Part shown: positions 1 to 9,480 of the stretch, one piece after another
Layout: each line of letters begins with the position of its first letter
Position numbering within the stretch: position 1 is the first letter of the stretch
Source of the DNA: Terriglobales bacterium
GTDB taxonomy: Bacteria > Acidobacteriota > Terriglobia > Terriglobales > SCQP01
Length of the DNA: 64,000 nucleotides
Direction of reading: 5' to 3'
NCBI GenBank assembly: GCA_035573035.1
Contig: DATNAC010000087.1
Location: 2,157-66,156, forward strand
Notes under the pieces: model-generated
Told to the model about the DNA's origin: nothing
What the model saw: the letters and a program-made list of their open reading frames with translations, nothing else
Databases searched by the model: none
Position numbers and translations under genes: made by a program

Positions 1-745
1 TGAGGGTGCAGATCCAGCGGCAAGCCGAAGGCGCGCGCCGCCGTTTTGACGATGCGGGCCACGGAGCGCGCGGTCAGGCGGCCGCCGCGGCGGTTCAGGA
101 ATAAGGCCGCGGCCGCATTCGGCGCGGGGCGCTTGGGCAGCGCGGCCAGCAACTGCTGGCGCAGCGGCAGGTAGCGGCGCAGGGCGGCGGCAGCCTTGCC
201 GCCAAAGGGCACCTGCCGTTGGAGGCGGCCCTTGCCGGTGACCCGCACCAGGGCGAGTTCGAAGCTCACATCGGGCAGGTTGAGGGCGGTGAGCTCGCCG
301 ACGCGCAGCCCCGAACCGTATAAGAGCTCGAGTAGGGCATAGTCGCGCTCCGGGAAACCAACGGCGGTGGTGGGGGACTGATCCAGCAATTCATTGACCT
401 GGCCGGTGGTGGGAATGGGGGGCAGTGGGCGTGGTAATTTGGGCGCGGCGATGCGCCGCGCGGGATTGTCCTGCAGCAGTTCCTGGCGGGTACAGAAGCG
501 GAACAAGGAACGAATCGAGGAGAGGCGGCGGGCCAGCGTGGCTTTGCCGCATCCGTGGGCGTGTAGATCGGCGAGAAAGCCGCGAACATGCCGCGCCTGC
601 ACCTCGGTCAGCGGGGTCGCGGGGCCCGCGAAGGTGGCAAACAGGCGCAGGTCGGTGGCGTAGTTGCGGAGCGTGTGTTCGCTGGCGTGGCGCTCGGCGC
701 GCAGGTATCCGTCGAGGTAGGCCGCGATGGCGGCGGCGAGGGTCA
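1..745 (-). CDS. xerC: Tyrosine recombinase, XerC/XerD family (3' end runs off the window)
   Basis: Absent from the ORF track because it leaves the window. My reverse-complement translation from the ATG at 745 reads MTLAAAIAAYLDGYLRAERHASEHTLRNYATDLRLFATFAGPATPLTEVQARHVRGFLADLHAHGCGKATLARRLSSIRSLFRFCTRQE, a typical integrase SAM-like N-domain. The ATG overlaps the trmFO stop, and the trmFO-xerC order is conserved in many bacteria. Confidence 0.85.
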
Positions 746-2095
746 TACCGGTGCCGTCCCCGCCGGGTGCGGGGAGCCGAGGGCGGCCGGCAGCCACGCC
801 CTGAGCGCGGTAAGGGCCGCCTCGCACTGGCGGCGGCGGCGCGTTTCACGGTCCCGCTCCGGTGGATCAAGCGCCGGGAGCAAATCGAAGGTAATGTTGG
901 CGGGCACATAGGCGCTGGGATCGGCGTGGACCATGTAGTGCAGCAGCGAGCCCAGGGCGGAAGTCCGCGGCGGCGGCGTGAGGCGCTCTCCGTGCGCGGC
1001 GGCCGCTGCAAAAGTGCCGGCCAGCCAGCCGGTGGCGATGGCTTCGACGTAACCCTCGGTGCCGCAGAGCTGGCCGGCGATCCACACCGAAGGGCGCGCC
1101 CGCAAGCGCAGGTCGGGGGTGAGAACCGAAGGTGCTTCCAGGTAACTATTGCGATGCACCTGGCCGAAGCGCAGGAAGCGGGCTTGGCCGAGTCCCGGGA
1201 TTAGACGCAGCACCGCGGCTTGCGCGGCGAACTTGAGATGATTTTGGAATCCGACCAGGTTGTAGGAATCCGAGCGCAGGTTCTCGCGCCGGAGTTGTAC
1301 GGCGGCGTAAGGCACGCGCCCGGTGCGCGGATCGGGCAGGCCCACCGGTTTCATGGGACCAAAGCGGAGCGTTTCCGGACCGCGGCGCGCCAGTTCCTCG
1401 AGCGGCAAGCAGGCTTCAAAAAAGCGGGCCTCCTCAAAGGAACGGAGGGGGTAGGACTCGGCGGCAAGCAGCGTCCGGCAAAAGCGCTCGTACTGGGCGC
1501 GATCGAGTGGGCAGTTGAGGTAGTCGTCCGTACCCTTGCCGTAGCGCGACCCGGCATAGACCTCGTCGCGCTGGATTGAGTCAGCCTCAACGATAGGGCT
1601 GATGGCGTCGTAAAAATACAGATGGCGGTGCCCGGTGAGCCGGGCGAGCTCTGCCGCGAGGGGCGGCGAGGTCAAGGGCCCGGTGGCGAGGACGATTCGA
1701 CGATCCTCGGGTAGAGTGCGAACTTCCTCGCGCCGTATCTGGAGATTCGGCAAGCGGAGGAGGGCTTGCTCCATCAGCGCGGAGAATCGCTGCCGGTCGA
1801 CGGTGAGGGACTGACCGCCGGGGACCGCGGCTTCGGCGGCGCACGCCAGAAGCAGCGAGCCGCCGGCGCGCAATTCCTGCTTGAGCAGCCAGGGGGCGGT
1901 ATGCGGCGCCTCGGATTTCAGCGAGTTGGAACAGACCAGCTCGCCGAGGGAACTGGTCTGGTGCGCCGGGGTGGATACGTGCGGGCGCATTTCCCACAGC
2001 TCCACGGCTATGCCCCGGCGGGCAAGCTGGTAGGCGGCCTCGGGGCCGGCAAGGCCGCCCCCGACGACCATGACGGGAATGGGTGCTGCGCTCAA
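743..2095 (-). CDS. trmFO: Methylenetetrahydrofolate--tRNA-(uracil54-C5)-methyltransferase TrmFO (Gid)
   Basis: 450 aa with N-terminal FAD fold VMVVGGGLAGPEAAYQLARRG, then ELVCSNSLKS and GQLCGTEGYVEAIATG motifs typical of TrmFO. The track start is TTG at 2095; an ATG at 2071 is an alternative. Confidence 0.92.
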   Translation of the reverse strand: MSAAPIPVMVVGGGLAGPEAAYQLARRGIAVELWEMRPHVSTPAHQTSSLGELVCSNSLKSEAPHTAPWLLKQELRAGGSLLLACAAEAAVPGGQSLTVDRQRFSALMEQALLRLPNLQIRREEVRTLPEDRRIVLATGPLTSPPLAAELARLTGHRHLYFYDAISPIVEADSIQRDEVYAGSRYGKGTDDYLNCPLDRAQYERFCRTLLAAESYPLRSFEEARFFEACLPLEELARRGPETLRFGPMKPVGLPDPRTGRVPYAAVQLRRENLRSDSYNLVGFQNHLKFAAQAAVLRLIPGLGQARFLRFGQVHRNSYLEAPSVLTPDLRLRARPSVWIAGQLCGTEGYVEAIATGWLAGTFAAAAAHGERLTPPPRTSALGSLLHYMVHADPSAYVPANITFDLLPALDPPERDRETRRRRQCEAALTALRAWLPAALGSPHPAGTAPV

Positions 2096-2874
2096 AGGCC
2101 GAGGATGTGGTAGCCGCTGTCTACAAAGATAACGTCGCCGGTAACGCCGCGGCCGATGTCGCTCAGCAGGAACAGGGAAGTGTCGCCGACCTCGGCGGGA
2201 TCGGTGGAGCGGCGCAGCGGCGCCCGCTGCGCGACGTGATCGAGCATGGACGAAAAATCCTTGATGCCGCGTGCGGAGGCGGTACGGACGGGTCCGGCGG
2301 AGATGGCGTTGACGCGGATACGGCGCGGTCCCAGCTCGCTGGCCAGGTAGCGGACGCAGGCCTCGAGCGCCGCCTTGGCCACGCCCATCACGTTGTAGTT
2401 GGTCACCACGCGGGTGGCGCCCAAATAGCTGAGGGTGACGATGCCGCCGCCCTCGGCCATGAGCGGGGCCGCGTGGTGGGCGACGGTGACCAGCGAGTAG
2501 GCGCTCACATCGAGCGCAAGGCTGAAGCCGGCACGGGAGGTCTGCTCGAAGGGGCGGTCCAGATCCTCCTTGTTGGCAAAGGCGATGCTGTGCACCACGC
2601 CGTCGAGGCGCCCGCCAGCGGCGGCGAGGTCGGTGGCGAGGCTTTGGAACAGGGCGGCCACGGACTCGTCCTGGCTGACATCGCAGGGATAGACCCGGGC
2701 GTTGCCCAGTTCGCGGCCGAGATCCTCCACCGCCTTCCGCACCCGCTCTCCCTGATACGTGAGGCAGAGCGCCGCGCCCTCGCGTACCAGCGCGTGGGCG
2801 ATAGCGTAGGCCAGGCTCCAGCGGTTGACGATCCCCATCACCAGCACGGTCTTGCCGCGCATCAGGTCAGCCAT
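2092..2874 (-). CDS. fabI: Enoyl-[acyl-carrier-protein] reductase (NADH) FabI
   Basis: 260 aa SDR. Motifs GKTVLVMGIVNRWSLAYAIA, HSIAFA and YNVMGVAKAALEACVRYLA (Tyr-x6-Lys FabI signature). GGAGGA RBS upstream. Confidence 0.93.
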   Translation of the reverse strand: MADLMRGKTVLVMGIVNRWSLAYAIAHALVREGAALCLTYQGERVRKAVEDLGRELGNARVYPCDVSQDESVAALFQSLATDLAAAGGRLDGVVHSIAFANKEDLDRPFEQTSRAGFSLALDVSAYSLVTVAHHAAPLMAEGGGIVTLSYLGATRVVTNYNVMGVAKAALEACVRYLASELGPRRIRVNAISAGPVRTASARGIKDFSSMLDHVAQRAPLRRSTDPAEVGDTSLFLLSDIGRGVTGDVIFVDSGYHILGL

Positions 2875-2913
2875 GTCGTTCCTCCGCGAAATCCGAGCTT
2901 AGCATTACTTAAT

Positions 2914-3085
2914 GCGCCGGGCCCCCGGCTTCGCCGCCCGGCTCGCGGACGGCGAGAGCGCTCGCGGGGCTGGCGCCCCGCTCCGCTTGCCGCGGACTTT
3001 GAGCACTGCGCCGGGCCCCCGGCTTCGCCGCCCGGCTCGCGGACGGCGAGGGCGCTCGCGGGCTGCCGTCCGCTCCGCTTGCCGC
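2914..3085. repeat. Tandem direct repeat, two copies of about 78-80 bp with a 94-bp period, intergenic
   Basis: 2914-2993 and 3008-3085 both start GCGCCGGGCCCCCGGCTTCGCCGCCCGGCTCGCGGACGGCGAG and end CGCTCCGCTTGCCGC. They differ by a few substitutions or indels in the middle. Confidence 0.85.
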
Positions 3086-3138
3086 CGGCCCGCGGCGCGA
3101 CTCGCGCTATAGTCGGAGAGGCGGCGCCACGCGCCGCG

Positions 3139-4077
3139 ATGTCTTTGCGAAACGGAGTCAGCCGGTCCATGCGTGTGTTCCGCGGTGTATTCGCCATCCT
3201 GTTTGCCCTGGCCAGCCTTGCCCTTCTCGCCGCCGCGGCGCCGTTGGCGCCCAACCTGCGCGGCCAGGTGATGATCCTGGTCTACCACAACTTCGGCAAG
3301 GACGCGCGCTGGGGACGGTCGTTCGATAGCTTCGATCGCGACTTGGCGCGGTTGGACGCGGCTGGCTACCGGCCGGTGACGCTGCGGCAATATATCACGG
3401 GGGACTTTATCCTGGCGGCCGGCACCACGCCGGTGGTGCTGACCTTCGACGATGGCTCGGCCTTCCAGGTGAAGTTCACGCCGGACGGGCAAGTGGCGCC
3501 GGATTGTGCGCTCGGACGCTGGATGGCGTTCGCCAAGACGCACCCGGAGTTCCCAGTGCATGGGACCTTCTTTGTCAATCCCGGCACCGGGGTGTTCGGG
3601 CAGCGCGCGTTCGTCAAGCAGAAGCTCGACCTGTTGGTGCAGCTGGGTTCGGAGATCGGCAACCACACCTATAGCCACCCCAAATTCAGCGAGATCAGCC
3701 CCGAGGCGACCGCCAGGGAAATCGGTGAGGGGCAGTACTACATCGAGAAGTGGCTGCCGCACTATCCCTTAACCTCGCTAGCGCTGCCCTACGGCATTCG
3801 CTCGCGGCCGGACCTTCTCGCCTCGCGAGGCGAGTGGACGGGGACGATCTGCAAACAACAGGTCACCGAAAGGTGGCATTACGCGGCGGTGGTGCTGGTG
3901 GGCTCGGGGCCGGCCCCGTCGCCCCTGGTGGGGGGGGAGGACGGCGCCCATCTGCCGCGGATTCAAGTATTCACGCCCGAATTCGACAAGTGGATGAGCT
4001 ATTTCGAGCAGCATCCGGGCCGCCGCTTCGTCAGCGACGGGCAACGCCATGCGGCGGCAAGTCTGCCGGCGCGCTAG
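3139..4077 (+). CDS. Secreted polysaccharide deacetylase (NodB homology domain) family protein
   Basis: Start moved to the in-frame ATG at 3139 (MSLRNGVSRSMRVFRGVFAILFALASLALLAAAAP signal peptide). Carries the TFDDG and GNHTYSHP motifs of the CE4 deacetylase family. The track ORF from 2083 runs antisense through fabI. Confidence 0.8.
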   Translation: MSLRNGVSRSMRVFRGVFAILFALASLALLAAAAPLAPNLRGQVMILVYHNFGKDARWGRSFDSFDRDLARLDAAGYRPVTLRQYITGDFILAAGTTPVVLTFDDGSAFQVKFTPDGQVAPDCALGRWMAFAKTHPEFPVHGTFFVNPGTGVFGQRAFVKQKLDLLVQLGSEIGNHTYSHPKFSEISPEATAREIGEGQYYIEKWLPHYPLTSLALPYGIRSRPDLLASRGEWTGTICKQQVTERWHYAAVVLVGSGPAPSPLVGGEDGAHLPRIQVFTPEFDKWMSYFEQHPGRRFVSDGQRHAAASLPAR

Positions 4078-4120
4078 GCCGCTTCACCCGGGGGCGCGGC
4101 TTCGCTATACTATTGCCTCT

Positions 4121-4381
4121 ATGGCCTACGTGATTGCCGAGCCCTGCATTGGAACCAAAGACAGCGCCTGTGTGGACGCCTGCCCGGTGGACTGTATCCA
4201 TCCCAAAAAGGACGAAGGGGAGTTTGGCTCGGCGGACCAACTGTTCATTGATCCGGTGGAGTGCATTGATTGCGGCGCGTGCGTGCCGGTATGCCCGGTG
4301 TCGGCCATCTTCGCGCTGGACGATCTACCGGAGCAGTGGAAGTCGTTCGCGGAGAAAAACGCCAGCCACTTCGGTCGCTAA
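4121..4381 (+). CDS. fdxA: Ferredoxin, 7Fe type (3Fe-4S plus 4Fe-4S)
   Basis: MAYVIAEPCIGTKDSACVDACPVDCIH...CIDCGACVPVCPVSAI shows the classic FdxA cysteine pattern. ATG at 4121 within track ORF 4049-4381. Confidence 0.9.
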   Translation: MAYVIAEPCIGTKDSACVDACPVDCIHPKKDEGEFGSADQLFIDPVECIDCGACVPVCPVSAIFALDDLPEQWKSFAEKNASHFGR

Positions 4382-5055
4382 CCGTTCGCGGCGAGCGCCT
4401 GCGCGCGCTGCAGCACCGCGTCCAGCATCGCGGGCGTAAGGCGCCCGGTGAAGGTGTTCTGCTGGCTGGGATGATAGCAGTCAAGGCCGCGCCAGCCGCC
4501 GACGGCGAACTCTGCTCCGTGGCCAAACCGCGCCGGCGCGCGCTGCCGAAGCGCCGCGAGCAACTGCCGGTGGGCCAGAGCGCCGAGGCAGACGATCACC
4601 CGCAAGCGGTGCAGCAGCGCCAACTCACGCAGCAAGAAGGGACGGCAGGCGGCGAACTCTTCCGGCGTGGGGCGGTTGCCGGGTGGGGCGCAGCGCGCCG
4701 AGGCGGTGATGAAGACATCGCGCAGGCGAAGGCCGTCGCCGCGGCCGCGGCTCAGCGGCGAGGAGGCCAGACCGGCGCGGTGGAGCGCGGCAAAGAGAAA
4801 ATCGCCGCTGCGATCGCCGGTGAACATCCGCCCGGTGCGGTGGGCGCCGTGCGCCGCCGGGGCCAGGCCGAGCAGCAAGATGCGCGCCCGCGGATCTCCA
4901 AACGAGGGTACCGGCCGCCCCCAGTAGACCTCGTCCGCAAACGCCTTGCGGCGCTGTTGCGCGACCTGGGCGCCATAGGCGGCGAGCCGTGGGCACTGGC
5001 GGCAGGAGGCGACTTCGCGGTGCAGGACGGTCCAGGCCGCTGGGGATGGGGACAT
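4378..5055 (-). CDS. Uracil-DNA glycosylase superfamily protein (family 4/5 type, Fe-S)
   Basis: N-terminal CRQCPRL, then GLAPAAHGAHRTGRMFTGDRSGDFLF (GLAPA-type motif A) and C-terminal HPSQQN motif B. Confidence 0.82.
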   Translation of the reverse strand: MSPSPAAWTVLHREVASCRQCPRLAAYGAQVAQQRRKAFADEVYWGRPVPSFGDPRARILLLGLAPAAHGAHRTGRMFTGDRSGDFLFAALHRAGLASSPLSRGRGDGLRLRDVFITASARCAPPGNRPTPEEFAACRPFLLRELALLHRLRVIVCLGALAHRQLLAALRQRAPARFGHGAEFAVGGWRGLDCYHPSQQNTFTGRLTPAMLDAVLQRAQALAANG

Positions 5056-5062
5056 ATTGGCG

Positions 5063-5668
5063 TCAGCTCCCCAACAGGAAGCGGGCCAGGGTATCGGCTT
5101 TCAAGGCCAGAGTTTGAGCGCGGACCAAGTCCCCTTGGGCCAAGGCTTCCTGGGCCTGGCGGACAAACTCGGCAATCTGGTTGCGAGTGGCCAGTGCCTC
5201 CACGGTGAGGTTGTGCCGCGCATTGAGGACGGTCAGCGCGCGCCGGGTGTGGTCCAGGCTGTTGGAAATGTTGCGGCGGTCAGCGGCCTCCTGGGCGGGG
5301 CTGAGACGGGGAGTGAGTTGCGGACCCGCGGGAAGGGGTTCGCGCGTATCCACCGGCGGGGGCGCGGGCCGGTCCGGCGCGCGCGATGCATTCTCGGCTG
5401 TGCGGCGCGGGGCGGAGTGCGGCGGCGGGCCGACGATCGTGCGGGCGCTCAGTTGGGGCGGCGGCGCGGTGGTGGGGGTGAGTACCGCCGGAGCCGGCAT
5501 CGGCGGCTCCTGCGCCGGGTTGGGCAGCAAGATCGGAGCTTGGAGCACGACGATCGGTGGCGGAGCCGGCGGCCGGCGTTGAAAGAAGCCGCAGCCGGTT
5601 GCGCAGCCGGCGAGGACCATCACCCCCACCCCGCGCCACGGCGGGGCGGAACGTCCGCACCGGCTCAT
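5063..5668 (-). CDS. Proline-rich lipoprotein of unknown function
   Basis: Lipobox VLAGCATGC, a long Pro/Ala-rich linker and a helical C-terminal part. The start overlaps the stop of the upstream kinase gene. No recognisable family. Confidence 0.55.
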   Translation of the reverse strand: MSRCGRSAPPWRGVGVMVLAGCATGCGFFQRRPPAPPPIVVLQAPILLPNPAQEPPMPAPAVLTPTTAPPPQLSARTIVGPPPHSAPRRTAENASRAPDRPAPPPVDTREPLPAGPQLTPRLSPAQEAADRRNISNSLDHTRRALTVLNARHNLTVEALATRNQIAEFVRQAQEALAQGDLVRAQTLALKADTLARFLLGS

Positions 5669-7527
5669 ACCGCATCCTCGCCGGTGCGCAAGGGGAAGCG
5701 CAGCACAAAACTGGCGCCGGGGGGGGCGCTGGGTTCGAGTTCGATGGCGCCGTGATGCAATTGCATGATGCGCGCGGCCAGGGCGAGGCCGATGCCGGTG
5801 CCCTCGGTGCGGGTGGTGAAGTAGAGATCGAAGATCTTTTCGCGGTCCTCGACCGGTACGCCTGGACCTTGGTCGCGCACGCGGATCAAGCCGTAGTGGT
5901 CTTGTTCGAACACCTCGAGTTGAAGGATGCCGGGGCCTGCGGCGGCTTCCATCGCTTGTAATCCATTATTGACCAAGTTGAGCAGCGCCTGCTCCACCAG
6001 ATCCCGGTCGAGCCAGACGTTGGGACCGGGCGCGGGCGCGCGCACCTCCACGTCGATGCCTTTGGCGGCGGCGCCGGCTTGTACGAGCTGGGCCACGCTC
6101 TGCACCATTTCGCTCAGGTCGCCCACCTGCAGGTTGAGCTCCACCGGGCGGCTAAAGTCGAGGAAGGTGCGGACGACGCGGTCCAGGCGATCAATCTCGC
6201 GCCGCATGATCTCGATGTGGGGCTGTAACCCGGTGGCTTCCGCGCCCGCCTTCTCCCGCAGCAGATCGAGGTGGATCGCCATCGCGTTGAGCGGGTTCTT
6301 GACCTCATGGGCCACGCCGCGGGTGAGGCGGCCCACGGCGGAGAGACGGCGGGCCACCTCCAATTCGTTTTCCAGGCGGTAGACGGGCTCGGCATCGCGC
6401 AGGGTGAGGAGCGAGCCAAACTGACCGGAGCGGTCGCGCACCAAGTCGAGCCGGGCCAGGATGGGCCGGCCGCCCGGCAGCCGGTCGGTTTCGCGCGAGG
6501 TGAGAGCCACCTTCTGCCGCACCGCCAGACGGACAGCGCGGTCCAGGCCGGAAGGGCCGGGGAACAGCGCTTCGACCGGGCGGCCGGCGATGTCACCGGC
6601 GGGTAGGCCGAGCAGCCGGGGGGTGGCGGCGCTGGCCATAACGCTTTGTCCAGAGGCGTCAAAGAGCAACAACCCCTCTTCCAGGCTCTCAAGCACATGG
6701 CTGACATTTTCCTGGAGGGTGCTGTAGACCTGGCGCACATCGGCCATTTCGCGGCCGAGGTACTGGATTTTCGACGAAACGATCCCAAACTCGTCACGCT
6801 GGCCTTCGCGCCGCACGAGGGAGGCGGTGGCGCTGGCCGCCTCCGGGGCCAAGGCGTCCAACTGGGCGCGAATCCGTCCCAGCGGGGCCAGGATGGACTC
6901 GGCCAGACTCCAGGCCAGGATGGTCGCGAACAGGACGACCAGGCCGCCATACAGGGCGAGCTGGCGGATTTCCCCAAGCATCGCCAAACGGAGCAATACG
7001 GTGTCCACACCGACCGAAATGGTACCCATGGGGTGGTTGTCAGCCTCGGTGGCGAGGCTGACGGAGTAGATGGCGTCGGCGCCGAAGACCGCCTTGCCCT
7101 GCTCCCAAAGGCCGCTGTGCATGACGTCGCTCAGCAGGCGGCGATTGGGCTGTATCGTGCCCACCAGTTCGGGGTTGGAATCGGCGGCGATGACCCCATC
7201 GGGCGCAACCAGCGCGACGTCCCGGATGGTGTTGTTGTACCCGATTGAGGAGCTGAACAGATTTGCGATGGCGGGGCTGGAATTCAGGCTTTGCAAGAAC
7301 TGTTGCAGTGTGGCCGGGTCGCGGCTCCGCAGTTGCCCCGAGGCATAGGAGGCGGAGAGCTCCTGTTTCATTTCGTTGTAGATCTCGTCGGCCAGGAAGT
7401 CGGCGTGGGTATACACCTCCTGTACGCGCTGCTGAACCACGCGGGCGAGGTAAATGAGGTTCACCGCGAGCACCACCAGCAGCACCAGAAGGGAAATGCC
7501 GAGAGTGAGTTTGGTCTTAAGCTTCAT
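5665..7527 (-). CDS. Membrane sensor histidine kinase (periplasmic sensor, PAS, HisKA, HATPase_c)
   Basis: N-terminal TM MKLKTKLTLGISLLVLLVVLAV. H-box GVAHEVKNPLNAM, N-box LLNLVNNGLQAM, G1 DQGPGV, G2 GTGIGLALA. Confidence 0.9.
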   Translation of the reverse strand: MKLKTKLTLGISLLVLLVVLAVNLIYLARVVQQRVQEVYTHADFLADEIYNEMKQELSASYASGQLRSRDPATLQQFLQSLNSSPAIANLFSSSIGYNNTIRDVALVAPDGVIAADSNPELVGTIQPNRRLLSDVMHSGLWEQGKAVFGADAIYSVSLATEADNHPMGTISVGVDTVLLRLAMLGEIRQLALYGGLVVLFATILAWSLAESILAPLGRIRAQLDALAPEAASATASLVRREGQRDEFGIVSSKIQYLGREMADVRQVYSTLQENVSHVLESLEEGLLLFDASGQSVMASAATPRLLGLPAGDIAGRPVEALFPGPSGLDRAVRLAVRQKVALTSRETDRLPGGRPILARLDLVRDRSGQFGSLLTLRDAEPVYRLENELEVARRLSAVGRLTRGVAHEVKNPLNAMAIHLDLLREKAGAEATGLQPHIEIMRREIDRLDRVVRTFLDFSRPVELNLQVGDLSEMVQSVAQLVQAGAAAKGIDVEVRAPAPGPNVWLDRDLVEQALLNLVNNGLQAMEAAAGPGILQLEVFEQDHYGLIRVRDQGPGVPVEDREKIFDLYFTTRTEGTGIGLALAARIMQLHHGAIELEPSAPPGASFVLRFPLRTGEDAV

Positions 7528-7645
7528 GCGGCGTGGTTGGGCGTGGGGCCCAGCGTGGCGGCGGCGCGCGTTCCGCTGAGGTTCACGCCGATTTGGGGCC
7601 TCGATTCGCTATGCCGGCGCTGCGCCCGGGACGCCGCGACGGCCA

Positions 7646-9013
<1,368 letters not shown>

Positions 9014-9238
9014 CCTTCCACTCTACCCGAGGTTGTGACGGAGACGGAATGCGCGAGGCGGGCTGCCGATTGCCGTTTGGCCGAGGACCGTCGGGCGGCT
9101 GGGCCTGCCCGGATCGGGCAATTTTGACCCTCGCGATGGGAGATTTTGCGTAGACGAGAACCGCAGGCGCGGCAATTTGCAGCCTAGGCGAGACGGGCAA
9201 ACGCTAGCGCAGCGCTGCCGTGGCGTGGTGGGCGAATT

Positions 9239-9254
9239 TGGCCACTGAGTTGCA
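9239..9254 (+). promoter_or_regulatory. Candidate sigma-54 (-24/-12) promoter facing the OmpA-family gene
   Basis: TGGCCA-CTGAG-TTGCA matches the TGGCAC-N5-TTGCW consensus with exact GG-N10-GC spacing. Lies in the divergent spacer next to a sigma-54 activator gene, about 225 nt from the ATG at 9481. Confidence 0.5.
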
Positions 9255-9480
9255 GATGAAGTTCTGAGACTCTGCAGGATTTTGGCGCCGGTAACCGAGT
9301 AGTTACTCCCGCGTGGGATCACCGAAGGAGCGCGCCCCGAGTTGTAATGTACAATCAAGGCAGCGACAAAAAAGTCATGCCGCGAGATAAGCGGACCGGG
9401 TACAACCCTCAGGGAGTGTGGTCGTTCACAGCAGACAGGGATGCCCGGGGAAGAGTCGAGGAGGAGGGTAAGCGAAGGCT

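Noticed and set aside
391-1204. Track ORFs 391-1011 (minus), 425-1204 (plus), 588-911 (plus) and 266-589 (minus)
   Set aside because: They overlap the well-supported xerC and trmFO frames. Their Arg/Pro/Gly-rich composition is typical of off-frame or antisense translation of high-GC genes.
2914-3085. Tandem repeat as a CRISPR array
   Set aside because: There are only two copies, the units are about 80 bp with a 14-bp gap rather than 25-40 bp repeats with unique spacers, and there are no cas genes.
2083-3138. 5' two-thirds of track ORF 2083-4077 as part of the deacetylase
   Set aside because: This part runs antisense through fabI and across the tandem repeat. The family-typical protein begins with a signal peptide at the in-frame ATG at 3139.
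9014-9480. Long spacers (9014-9480, 53385-53689, 57611-57927) as RNase P, tmRNA, SRP or riboswitch loci
   Set aside because: I found none of the hallmark strings I know for these RNAs (for example GAGGAAAGUCC for RNase P, or a tRNA-like CCA end and tag reading frame for tmRNA). This cannot be excluded without a covariance-model scan.
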